Source: Felis catus | Lineage: Eukaryota | Reading direction: 5' to 3' | DNA length: 64,000 nt | NCBI RefSeq assembly: GCF_018350175.1 | Contig: NC_058383.1 | Location: 25,794,001-25,858,000 of the forward strand | In this document: positions 52,780 through 63,920 of the stretch, one piece after another | How positions within the stretch are numbered: position 1 is the stretch's first letter | Layout of the letters: every line of letters starts with the position of its first letter | Program-made: the position numbers and the translations under genes | The notes under the pieces: generated by a model | What the model saw: only the letters and a program-made list of their open reading frames with translations | Database searches by the model: none | Told to the model about the DNA's origin: nothing

Positions 52780-53760
52780 GGGCTTAGGTATTAAGGTAAA
52801 GAGTTTGTTTACCATGAAAGCTATGAAAATCATTGCAGGTCATGGCATAACGTAATCAGATTTGAATTTTAAAGACATTCCTGTGGAAGATGGTCTGGAT
52901 GGTGGCCTTCTGCAAATAAAAAGCTACAGCAGCAATCCAAATAGGAAGTGGTAAGGGCCTGATCTAAAGCAGCAGCCATGAGAACCAAGGGTGAGGAGCT
53001 GGGGGTTACAAATGTTAAGCAGGTAGAATTTGTAGGGACTGGGGATCATGGAAAGCAAATGGGAAGCATGTTAAGATGAATCTCTGATTTCTGGACTGGG
53101 TAGCTGAGTGAATGATGGTAACACTCATTGAGATGGAAAGTTGTTGGTGTCTAGAATAGTGCCTAGAGTCATTACTGGCCCAGCATTTAAAACAGTTCCC
53201 AACATGGGTAGATATGTTGACAATATATGAGAATAATTTCATTGGAACCATGAGGTAAGTAGGAGCTAGTCTGTGCTGGGTTAAGAGAATAGGAATGAAA
53301 GTGGTATGAACAAGGGCAGTGTCTTCTTTCCAGAAACTTGGATGAGAGAAGAACATGGGAAGACAAGGGCTAGAACATAATAGGGGCTAAGGGAGAAGTT
53401 TTTCCTTAAGATGACAGACCAAAGGATGTTTGCAAGCAAAAGCCAGTAAAGAAGTTAGATGTAGGAGAGGGGGTGACAGAGCAGGATCCTGGGATCGCAA
53501 GAGGATGGTACCAAAGCACAGATGTAGGCGGAGCTGTGAATAGCAGGGTAAACACTTCTTCCATGCATGCAGATGCAATTATGTTTATTGGTAATATGGA
53601 AGTTGGAGGATCCCCTTCCTGCTTCTGATTGCCTTACTATTCTCGGTGAATGCCTCCTACATTTACTAAGTGGTATCACACAATGTTTGAGGAGGGCAGT
53701 AGAAACTTGGGACTAGCAGATGGGGGCTGTTGATTGACAGGCACTGTGAGAGCCTCTTGG
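52780..53760 (-). mobile_element. Degenerate L2 LINE
   Basis: Purine-rich antisense L2-like text (ttaagcaggtagaatttgtagggactggggat; ctggactgggtagctgagtgaatgatggtaacactcattgagatgg). Confidence 0.55.
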
Positions 53761-54299
53761 TGTCATTTTTCTCCAGCTGTACTCAGCTGCTGCGCTAGGG
53801 TTACAAGCAGGCATTCAGAGCTGGTCCATACTGGTATCTGGGAGGTGGGATGGAGGAACTTGGTTTTACAATAGCTTTAAGGATTGAGGCCAGAGAGGGT
53901 TTGGAGTGATGAACCAATGGCAATAATGAGGATGCTGATGAGAGTAGTAACAGCAATATCAAAATAGAAGATGGGAAACTCGCTATACTTTGACTCAGTC
54001 TTCCTTAAAACTATAGTTAAAAATCATGTCACAAGTAAGATTTAACTAGAAGCCTTGGCAGTGAAGGAAATTTATTTATCAATAATACAAGTGCCTTTGA
54101 GAATACAAAGGTCAGAGGTAGTCGTCACTGTTAAGACAGAAAATTAAAGAACATTTACAAGTAAGTTGTCAACTTATACACACACACACACAGCAGCAGC
54201 AGCAGCATAGGACAGTCTTAAGTCAGATATTTACCTGTTCTGTATTTCATTTTCCTGAAACTGAGTTTCTGACAGGTCTGATTGCTGTGATAATTAGCT

Positions 54300-54960
54300 T
54301 AAAAAATTTTTTTAACATTTGTTTATTTTTGAAGGAGAGACAGAGTGTGAGCAGAGGAGGGGCAGAGAGAGAGACACACACACACAGAATCGAAGCAGGC
54401 TCCAGGCTCTGAGCTATCAGCACAGAGCCCAACGCAGGGCTCAAACTCACAAACTGCAAGATCATGACCTAAGCCGAAGTCAAATGCTTAACTGACAGAG
54501 CCACCCAGGTGCCCCAATAATTTGCTTTTTAAATGGAGATATACTAATAGAATGTAATACTTAACCTCAAACATAGAATTACCACAAAGTGTGTTTTTCA
54601 GGTTTGTCGTGAGACACTAAATCTTACTATCTCTTATAGAAAATTGCATGTTAGAATGTTTAAGAAATTGGGTTTATTGACCTGGGTTGTAATAATCATC
54701 ACAGCACCTGAATATATAATTCACCACCTTTGACCTCATTAACTTCTTTAAAAAAAATTTTTTTTTAAATTTACTTTTGAGAGAGAGACAGAGCACGAGC
54801 AGAAGAGGGGCAGAGAGAGAGGGAGACACTGAATCTGAAGGAGGTTCCAGGCTCTGAGCTGTCAGCATAGAGCCCAACGTGGGGTTCAAACTCATGAACT
54901 GTGAGATCATGACCTGAGCCAAAGCTGGACGCTTAACCAACTGAGCCACTCAGGCACACC
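54300..54960 (-). mobile_element. Can-SINEs at about 54300-54515 and 54746-54960 (TSD gacctcattaactt)
   Basis: Consensus matches and flanking direct repeats. Confidence 0.92.
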
Positions 54961-55667
54961 AGACCTCATTAACTTTTGGATGTAACTCTGTCACTTTGTG
55001 AGCGGCATCAATTCACTTGCTTTTTAGAGAGCACCAAAACCTTTTGTCTTTGCTTTCTCCCTACAGAGCTGTTTGACCAAAATAAATCCCATGATTCTAA
55101 AACACAGAGCAAACCATGTTTCTTTGTTAACAACAAACATTTATTGAGCACTTTCTAAATGCCAGACACTGTGCTAAGCATCTTCACATACATTTTCTTA
55201 TTCGGTCTTCACAACAGCCCTGTGAGGTAGGTAAGCAGTTTCCCTAACAACACACGAGCAATAAACTGTATTATGAAGAGCTGTTTGGCTTGGAGAAGTC
55301 AAAATATCTTTCACTTTCCTGGGGAAAAGAGAGCCACAACTACCTTCAAATAAGAGTGGATTCTTTATGGTAGAGTGAGATCAACTTGGGCCATGGCACC
55401 AAGGGGGCAAGGATCAAAGGATCAAATTATAAGGAGGACATTCAGGATGAAACAGATTTTTCTAAATATAATGTAATGCTGGAGAAGGAATTCAAACACT
55501 GGATGCAGGTGAAACAGACAGCTGCTGAGGTATCGATCAACTGTGTCCACTAACTATTCTCTTTCTCCTCTGTATTTTTCCACTTGTTTCACCTCCTTGC
55601 TCTCTCTCCATCTGATCCCATATACTGGTGCATTCACTCTTTTTTCCATTCAACATTTACTGGCTTG

Positions 55668-55905
55668 CACTGTCCAATATAGTAGCCACTAGCCACAAGT
55701 GGCTATCTAACTTTGTTAAACTTAAAATTAAAAAAAACTGAGTACTAAAGTTACACTAACTACATTTCAAGTGCTCAGTAACCATGTTAGTAGCTACCAC
55801 ATATTTTTTTATTGAGATGGAACTCATCTATAACATTAAATTAGTTTCAGGTGTACAACATGATGAATCAGTAGCTACCATATTGAAAAGTTCTACTGGG
55901 CAATG
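55668..55905. mobile_element. MER3/MER33-like DNA transposon with a small L1 3'-end insertion (about 55800-55869)
   Basis: ctgtccaatatagtagccactagccacaagtggcta start; insert flanked by agtagctacca repeats. Confidence 0.75.
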
Positions 55906-56716
55906 CTGTTTCACACAGCTGAGGTAGTGACAGTAGCCACAAGAATGAAAAATCTTGAGTTCTTGACCTTGAGGAGCTTACAACCTATAGGAGAAAAAGA
56001 CCCACCCAATATTATTTTTTCAAGAGCTAACAATGAGCTCTTGTTGGAAATCGGGCAGTTTGCTAAGCACTTTCTAGGACTGTTTAGCTGCAACGCTCCT
56101 AATACCATAAAATAGGTGTCATTATTATGCTCATTTTACAGAGAGGGCAGTAACTTGCCCAACAGGCCTCATGACCAAGCCTATGTGTAGGGCCACAAAA
56201 GAAGTTGAGCTAACCTCCATTTGAGGATTTTAAGGAAGATTAGAAATGGGAGGATTAAAACCCAAGTCTGTATAGACCACGCTTACCCAACATGTGGGCT
56301 ACAGACTACATCAGAATTACTTAGGATGCTCGTTAAAAGCACAGATTTCCTGCATCTGATTAAGAGATCTGGGGGCAGGGGCTGGGAACCTACGTTTTAA
56401 TCGAGCTCGCCTTCTCCGCCCCAAGATTCTTTCCTATGCATTAAATGAGGTTTGAGAGCCACAGTCCCCCCCACTGGGTCCCCTTGTTCCGCTTTCCCCT
56501 GTCTTCCCTGCCTTTAATCTGACTACGGATCAAGGTTGGAGACTGCGCTGCGTAATCTCGGACAAACCTCTCGGAGCCTCAGTTTCCCCATGCGTGAAAT
56601 GGAAAGCCCTGCGGGCCTGCGGCGCGGCTGCTAGAAAGCCATTCAAAGTAAGCGCCCAGAAAACGCGGCCCCAGCCTGACGAGCCCCGCCCCTCTCTGCC
56701 GGCCCGGACTGCCTAC

Positions 56717-56903
56717 CCTCGCAGATCTGCTCCCACAGGTTCTTGCCCAGCGGCTCCGCACCCTGTCCGGGCGAGACGGGTAGCTCGGGGGATACGGGGG
56801 ACACGGTGGGCACTGGCGTCCGGGTAGCATCCGACGACTCTGTAGAGCCAGCCGGTTCCTCGCGAGGACCGGTGCGACTGCTCACCCGCCCCGGGGCCGC
56901 CAT
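56717..56903 (-). CDS. IQCK: IQCK coding exon 1 (187 nt; MAAPGRVSSR...KNLWEQICE + 1 nt)
   Basis: ATG at 56903 in ACCATGG Kozak context inside the CpG island. Peptide TRTPVPTVS..ELPVS..KNLWEQIC matches the recalled IQCK N-terminus. Donor GAG G|gtaggc, phase 1. Confidence 0.93.
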
Positions 56904-56989
56904 GGTCACGGTTTCCAAGGCAACCGCCCTCCCAGCAGGGCTGCGACCCGGAAGGACCCAGAATTCACGGGGGCGAGCCAGAGACTCGA

Positions 56990-57052
56990 GATTAACTTCC
57001 GGGTCGCGGCGGAGCTGGCTTTCACGTGGAGGCGGGGAAGATTGGCCTGAGG
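56990..57052 (+). other. KNOP1: Probable KNOP1 non-coding first exon (start approximate)
   Basis: Consensus donor GAGG|gtgagt at 57052/57053 in the CpG island, with no ATG immediately upstream. The KNOP1 ATG lies 2 nt after an acceptor, so an upstream exon is required. Confidence 0.65.
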
Positions 57053-58237
57053 GTGAGTGCTGAGGGGCGGCCCAGGCGGGGAGGCGCGGGGTCTGGAGAT
57101 TGCGCTTGGGGACTTGCGGGGCAAACTAAGGGAAAAGCGGGCGACTTGTACCCCAAATCCACACCACCAACCACCAGCGCTCGCTCCGGCCTGAGGCCGC
57201 CGCCTTCTGGAAGTTCTCCCGCCTTGGAGTGGGTCCAGGATTGCGGGTAATCCCTCCGCGCGTGTGTATGCGCGCGGAAGCTTTGGCGCTGCGGTGCCTT
57301 AGAGGGTCCGTTTCGCCTCCCAGCTCCCTTGCTTCCCGCTAGTGAACCTTCCGTGGTGGTGGGGTGTTGGTTCCATTGTGCAGAGCACAGGCTCTGCGGG
57401 CTGGGTTCGAATCTTTTTTTGTCACTTGCTGGCTTTAGGACCTAGGACTGGTAAATTGAAGTCTCGACGCCTCAGCAAGTCTGTGCGATGGGGCCTTCAC
57501 ACCGGTCCTCAGGAGGCTACCGCGAGATTTTAAAAGCGCTTTTGGAGAAAGTGCTGGTTTTTACTGGAGACACTGTAAGGAACATTCCTCTTCCCTTAGA
57601 GTGAATACATCTGGACTCGCTGGGTTAAGGAGGAGGGTGTTCAGTGCTAAAGAGGAGGGAAGCTTAAGGGGATTAAATTGACCACAGCCCCCCTTTGGCT
57701 TCTTTGTTCCAAACAGGTCTCTTGACTATTCCCCCCACCTGAGGCGCTCTCCGCTCTCTTGACTCCACCCTCTCTAGGTTTGCACCTACTTTTCTTCCTT
57801 TGCAGGCCCCTCTTCCTCTGCCCTCCTGTTTCCCTAAGGTGTTGTCTTAGGCTCGTTGTATTTGAGGCTTAGTTATCATCCATACATTTCTAAGTTTTTC
57901 TTATCTATGTCAGCCCCATCACCCCTGAGCCTCAGACCCACATGTCCGCCTGTTCACTGGACAGTCTTCTTTTGGATATCTCAAGGCATCTATGCAAACC
58001 AGCCTGTCTCCTGCAGCCCCTAATCACCCTCCTTCAGTTCCTTTTTCTTAGGATTTAACACCACCGTCCTGTAGTTGCCCAAGCTGGAAACTTCTGTACT
58101 AGAAACTTTACTGACAACTGATGGGTCAGATTAGATTAACTCCATTGCCCTGACCTCACCACTAGCCTTGATGTTATCACTTGTGTCTTCATTATCACAC
58201 ATCTTTTCCTCCTACACCTTCTTGAGAGCAGGTGTTT

Positions 58238-58474
58238 TTTTTTTTTTAACAGTTTTTAAGTGTTTGTTTTTGTTTTTTGTTTTTTACTTCTGAGAGAGTG
58301 TGCGAGTGCGCACAAGCGGACGAGGACTGAGAGAGGGAGACACAGAATCCTAAGCAGGCTCCAGACTCTGAGCTGTCCACACAGAGCCTGATGCAGGGCT
58401 TGAACCCACAAACTGTGAAATCATGACCTGAGCCAAAGTCAGATGCTTAACCGACTGAGCCACCCAGGCACCCC
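58238..58474 (-). mobile_element. Can-SINE in KNOP1 intron 1, TSD agcaggtgtttt
   Basis: Consensus match and flanking repeat. Confidence 0.92.
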
Positions 58475-59760
58475 ATAGCAGGTGTTTTATCTTGTTCATC
58501 TCTGTATCTCTGGCATTCATTTTTTCGGTGAGTATTTATTGAACACCTGCTATGTGCCAGGTACAGAGCTAGGCTCTGGGAATAGAGCAGAAAACAGGAT
58601 AGGAATGAATGACAGGGTTCCCTTGACTTTCCAGGTGCTCCTGGCATGAGTTACAAATGAATTTGAGTCATAGTTTGGTCCTGGCCTGGCTCCTTGAAGC
58701 TGCTAATGGTGAGTCAAGTCCAGTCTGCAGGGTTCTGAGCCTGGAGAGCTTCAGGATGGAGAGCCTTTTGAACTATGCCTCCCACTGTCCAAACCTGGGG
58801 GATATTTTGTTTCTGGATTCCCTGGGTGTCTCCATGTCACCTAGTTCAGGGAGCAATAGGAACTGGGGTGTGATGAGTGACAGAAGTAGCCTAGCTGGAA
58901 GCTAAAGTGTACTTGAGGGCCCTCGCACAGTTGCCTACATGACATTTCCCCAAAAAAGCTGGACATTGTAGGTTGCTCTGTGTCATCTCCAATTGTTAAA
59001 TATTGGTAATTTGAAAATTTAAAAACAGTGAAGCAGGCAAGGTGTGGCCCCCACACCTTCTCCCCCTGGCAGCCTTTGATCTGGTTCAGTCCCTGATGAT
59101 GGATAGGGAAACTGAGGCCCGGATAAGCCAGCACTATGTGGCAAGAGAGTGTCGGTCACCCTTTGAACCCAGGTCTTGTCTGTCCTAGCTGGGGCTCCTT
59201 CCATATCTTGCTGCTGCTCATACTACTAGCCACATGGGAAGGTAATTAGGAGGGTAAGTCATCCAGCGTGCAGGTGGGGGAAGTTAATTTCCACACACAA
59301 AGGAAAAGCTACTTAGGTGAACCAAGGTAAGGAGTTAATTGTGCCATAGTTACTGCCTCTGGTGGGAATTGGCAGGAAGAGTTCACCTCAGGATTTCTGT
59401 TCCCTTCAGAAATTGTCTGTCTGATTTGACTGCAGTTGTGTCCTCCCTGGCTGGCACAGGGTAGGCAGTAAATTTGTTGGAATGGGTGACTAGGCTCAGA
59501 GATCTGAGAAGGGGGGTTAGGAAAAGGAATCAACAGTGTACCACTTTGCATGGATCACTTCTCCCTTTGAGAAGGAAGTGTTATTTCCCCCCATTTTCTA
59601 GATGGGGAAATTAATGTTCAGGGAGGCTAGATGATTAGCTTAAGGTGAGGGAGCAGTTTCAATTTGAACTTGGGCCTGTCTGAATTTAAACTCCATTCTA
59701 CTTCTTTGATCACATTTTTCCATCCCTTAACATTTCAGACTAGCCACTCAGAAACATTTT

Positions 59761-59960
59761 GGGGCACCTGGGTGGCTCAGTCGGTTGGGTGTCCGACCTC
59801 GGCTCTTGTCATGATCTCACGGTCCGTGGGTTCGGGCCCTGCATTGGGCTCTGTGCTGACAGCTCGGAGCCTGGAGCCTGCTTTGGATTCTGTGTCTCCC
59901 TCTCTCTGACCCGACCCCCCTTTCATGCTCTGTCTCAAAAATAAACATTAAACAAAAAAA
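59761..59960 (+). mobile_element. Can-SINE ending about 80 bp before the KNOP1 coding-exon acceptor
   Basis: Consensus match. Confidence 0.92.
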
Positions 59961-60043
59961 GAAACGTGGCTTTTGGTACTACCTAACTGAATTGTACACG
60001 GGGATTTGGTAGGGGATAACGTGTACCATTTCTTTTTTCAGGA

Positions 60044-60961
60044 ATGATCACTAAAACCCACAAAGGAGACTTGGGCCTTGGGCTCTCAGAGAAAAAGAAG
60101 AAGAAAAAGAAGGTGGTCAAAGAACTAGAGACTCAATACTCAGTTTTAAACAGTGACAATTACTTCACTGAGATCTGTCCCACAAAAGCCACATCCCCCT
60201 CAAAGAGTGTGGTCCTGGGACAGGCATCTGAGATGCCTCTAGTGAAGAAAAAGAAGAAAAAGAAGGGACATTGCACCCTCAGTGAGCAGCACTTAGAATC
60301 TGAGACCACATTACGTGCTGGACGGACAGAGAAGTTGCCGAGCCCCAGGAAGCAGGCTCTTGGTTCATCTGAGTTCCAAGGTGGGGAGAAGAAAAAGAAG
60401 AGGAAGTCCTTATGGCCTCCGGCCATGTCCCCTGGCTCAAGAGTGAAGACCTTCCCGGACCCCAGACAGGGCGAGGAGGTGACCAGCATCGGCAAGAAGC
60501 CCAAAAAACACAAGAAGGAGAAAAAGGCCCAGGAGGCTGCAGCCTTTTCAGCCAAGGACCCTTGGTTCTGTGAGTCTGGGGATTCTCTGTATGCTTGCTC
60601 GGTGGGGAAGGATGGAGAGGAGCAGACAGCCTCAGGGCGGAAACGGAAGCAGGAGAGCCCCAGGGAGCACAATGTGAAGATGAAGAAGAAAAAGAAAATC
60701 CACCAGAAGGGAGACACCTCCCTAGGGCACCTTGAGCTCTCCAAGTCCATTGAGGGCATCCCCAGGAAAAGAAGTAAGAAGCCAGTCAAAGTTGAGGCTC
60801 CAGAATACATCCCAATAGAACATAACCCCAAGTCCCCTGCAAAAAAGAAAATGAAAGCCAAGAAAAAGGCAGAGCAGCCAGGCATTGAGGAGCCAGCTCT
60901 GAGGAGGAATAAAAAGAAGAAGGAGAAAGAGAGCAGAGTAGCAGGAGAGCCTTGTAAAGAG
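60044..60961 (+). CDS. KNOP1: KNOP1 (lysine-rich nucleolar protein 1) first coding exon, 306 codons MITKTHKGDLGL...GEPCKE; exon starts at 60042
   Basis: Acceptor ttttcttttttcag|GA ATG, donor GAG|gtaagc. Many poly-Lys tracts (NLS/NoLS-like) and a KVEAPEYIPI motif. Known head-to-head arrangement with IQCK. Confidence 0.93.
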
Positions 60962-62411
60962 GTAAGCTTTTCTTCAGAAGTAGACTCTGCTTGGGTGAAT
61001 AAGGGTGGAAGTGGAGAGTGTGTGTGCATTCGTACACAGGCACTCCCCTTTGTAGCTGCCAGAACCCTGATTGAACTGACTTCAGCCAGAAAAGGGTATT
61101 TGTTGAGATATGTAACTGGAAAGGTTAAAAGCTATTTAGTTTCAGGTATGGCTGGATCCAGGTACTCATGCACTATCCTCAGTAATAAAGGTATCCCTTG
61201 CTATTGAAACTCTACCCAACTTCTCACTATCTTCACTTAGGGTCTGAATAGATATACATTTTTCAGATGAATCTCTCTCTTTCTGAACTCTTGCCACTTG
61301 CTGTCCAAAACTCAGGAACCAAATAGTTTGAGATAACATGGTGTCCAAGCCTATCTGAGTTTATTTTCTGTGCTCTGTTTACATGATTTAGAGACCAAAT
61401 AGGTTTGGATTGCAGGAGATGCCTGTGTGGCTTTCCCCAGCTCTGGGCTTTGTATTTTTTTCTTCTAGTGGGTTTTAGTCACAGACAGGCACCTCCCACC
61501 TCCCACCCATAGCAAGACAGTCTCAGCAGTTCCAGGATTTCATCCTAGTAGTTAGACTACCCCCAAAGGGAGAACTGTAGCCCCTCTGAAACGATTACAA
61601 GAAAATTCTCAGGGCTGCTGTCACATGCCTCAGGTGATCACCCAAGCTGGAAGCCCTGATCTGAAGCTGGGGGGAGGAAACTAGGGTATTAGTCCCACTG
61701 AACCCCACTGTTTGAGGTCGGGGGGAAGACAATTCCTGGGAGGAAAACCCAATCCTAATTACCCGGAGGAAGAGAATAGTTGATGGTCTGGCGAAGACAA
61801 CAGAGATACGTTGTCTCCATCCTGACAGGCTTCCTTGAGTGGGGGAGAGAAGGGAGGAGATGAGCCAGAGCACTTGGACTCCACAGGTCCACATCTGCCT
61901 CTATTTGTGTCAGGACCACACCTTCATTCCTGTTTTTGGAATAAGTGAGTGGATGTGCAGGGGGAAATGAGATGGTATGTGTCCTACTCCAAGCAGATGT
62001 CTGGCCTGTTGGGGTAGCCAAGGCTGATGTTGAACACTTTGTGTGTGCCTGGCAGTAGGCTAATGCTCCCCATGTATTAACCCGTTTAATCCTCACATCA
62101 GTCTGGTGAAATGGCTGCTGTCGTTATCCTCATTTAACAGACAAGGATACTAAGGGAGGAGTTAAATACCTTGATCAGGATCATCTACCTGTCAGGGTGG
62201 GCTTTCAGCCCAGTCTGGCTTTGGAACTGGAGGTTTCATCCTTTCTCAGAAGCTGCCCTGTAACTTCCCATAGATGGTAGAGCCATTAGAGCCCAAGAAG
62301 TGACTGTCTTCTATTAAACAAGCCCTGAGTTCTCTTCCCAGTTCTGCACCGACCAGCTAGGTAAGCTCAGACCAGCCACTGCCCTGTGGTCCTCAAGTAA
62401 GAATGATGGCT

Positions 62412-62642
62412 GGGGCGCCTGGGTGGCGCAGTCGGTTAGACGTCCGACTTCAGCCAGGTCACAATCTCACGGTCTGTGAGTTCGAGCCCCGCATCGGGCT
62501 CTGGGCTGATGGCTCAGAGCCTGGAGCCTGTTTCCGATTCTGTGTCTCCCTCTCTCTCTGCCCCTCCCCCGTTCATGCTCTGTCTCTCTCTGTCCCAAAA
62601 ATAAATAAATGTTGAAAAAAAAAAATTAAAAAAAAAAAAAAA
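62412..62642 (+). mobile_element. Young Can-SINE, TSD aagaatgatggc
   Basis: Full-length copy with long poly-A and flanking repeat. Confidence 0.94.
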
Positions 62643-63619
62643 AGAATGATGGCCAACGTGTATGTAGTTGTTACTGAAGGATGGCCCTGGCACTGGCGGG
62701 GGCTCCGTTAATACCAATTGAAGGATGAGCCCCCTGGAGCAAGGTCATCAGGAAGTGTCTGGGCACCCTCAGCTCAGCTTGATAGGGTTGAGGAGGAAAG
62801 GGGCGGCCTCCTTTTCAGGGCCTACAAAAGGCAGTTCTGGTTTCTGGATTTTTCCCAGTTTTGTCCTAGTCCATTAGACTTATTTCACTGGTCTCTTTCA
62901 TTCAGAAGCTCTTGGGGCCAAGAGGAACCCCAGAGGCTGGGAGCCCAACCCCCATCAGAATCCCTTCTTTCCAGAGTTCAGTGAAAGGTGGTTGGTCCCC
63001 TCTGTTTAACATCTCCTGCCTTGGGGGCTCTGCTGCCTCGGACAGCCCTCTGAGTCAGGAAATGCACACATCTTCAGGGTCTGGATGGGTGATGTGAGTA
63101 AACAGAGCCTTTCAGGGATCATCACATGTGATGCTGGGTGCCGCGCAGAGCACATTTAAAGTCAGGCTGCGAAAAGATGGCAGTTGTCATGACCAAAGGA
63201 TCAGGGAAAGTGGCCTGGGGTCTCACCTTTAGAGGGTCCCATGGGAGCTAAGGTCAGTGAGCAAGTTTGACACATGCAAACATGCCCAGGGCAGGCCCAA
63301 TGAGGACACCACATGGGAGCGGAGTTGTGTGAGGGCTGTTGGCTGTGGGTCATGCAGAGGGAGCAACAGTGCAGAGGTCCTGGAAGGAGCAGAGACTGGG
63401 GTAGTAGAAGCTGGGAGTTTGGGAGGGGCCAAGGAATAGAGACCATAGAGGCCACAGGAGTCTAGATTTTTGTGTAAATAGGATAAGAGCCCCTGGAGAG
63501 TTTTGGGGAGTAGTGGGGTGATGTGATCTGATTTTTTAAATTTTTATTTTTTTAATTGAGATATAATTGACATATAACATGGTGCAAGTTTAAGGTGTAT
63601 ATACGATATGATTGAGTTT

Positions 63620-63920
63620 TTTTTTAAGATTTTATTTTATTTACCTTTTTCTTTTTTTAAGTTTATTTATTTATTTTGAGAGAGAGAGAGGACCCCAAGC
63701 AGGCTCTGCACTGACTTTGCGGAGCCTGACTTGGGGCTCTAACTCATGAACCACGAGATCATGACCTGAGCTGAAATGAGGAGTCAGATGTTCAACCAAC
63801 TGAGCCACCAGGCCCTGAGATTTTGTTTTAAGTAATTTTTGTACCCAATGTAAGGCTTGAACCTTCAACTGCGAGATCAAGAGTTGTAATGCTCTACTGA
63901 CTGAGCCAGCCAGGTGCCCC
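63620..63920 (-). mobile_element. Can-SINE (about 63640-63815) in the tail of a short old-type Can-SINE (about 63820-63920)
   Basis: Two minus-strand heads; gattttatttta / gattttgtttta flank the inner copy; ttgagtttt flanks the pair. Confidence 0.85.

Larger units (their letters stand above)
56540..57330. promoter_or_regulatory. CpG island / bidirectional IQCK-KNOP1 promoter
   Basis: Sharp rise in GC and CpG against depleted flanks. Contains X-box GTTTCCAAGGCAAC (56911-56924), ETS ACTTCCGG (56995-57002), E-box CACGTG (57023-57028), ATTGG (57041-57045) and several GC boxes. Confidence 0.9.

Noticed and set aside
56904..56918. METVT extension of IQCK in the ORF track
   Set aside because: It starts at a TTG that is part of the X-box; the ATG at 56903 has a strong Kozak context.
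57108..57141. G-quadruplex candidate GGGG-GGGG-GGG-GGG
   Set aside because: The loops are long (6-8 nt), and G-runs after a first-exon donor in a CpG island are commonplace.
60160..61029. 289-aa antisense ORF (Phe/Leu/Ser-rich)
   Set aside because: It lies almost entirely opposite the purine-rich, Lys-biased KNOP1 exon, which suppresses antisense stops. There is no independent promoter or recognisable protein.
60044..61207. 387-aa ORF as the complete KNOP1 CDS
   Set aside because: There is a consensus donor at 60961/60962 and composition changes abruptly after it; the remainder is most likely intron.
945..63880. Recurring short ORFs such as MAQSVKRPTSAQVMIS and MGQRETEHERGRGRERG that look like a gene family
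   Set aside because: They are translations of Can-SINE copies, mostly from GTG/TTG starts.
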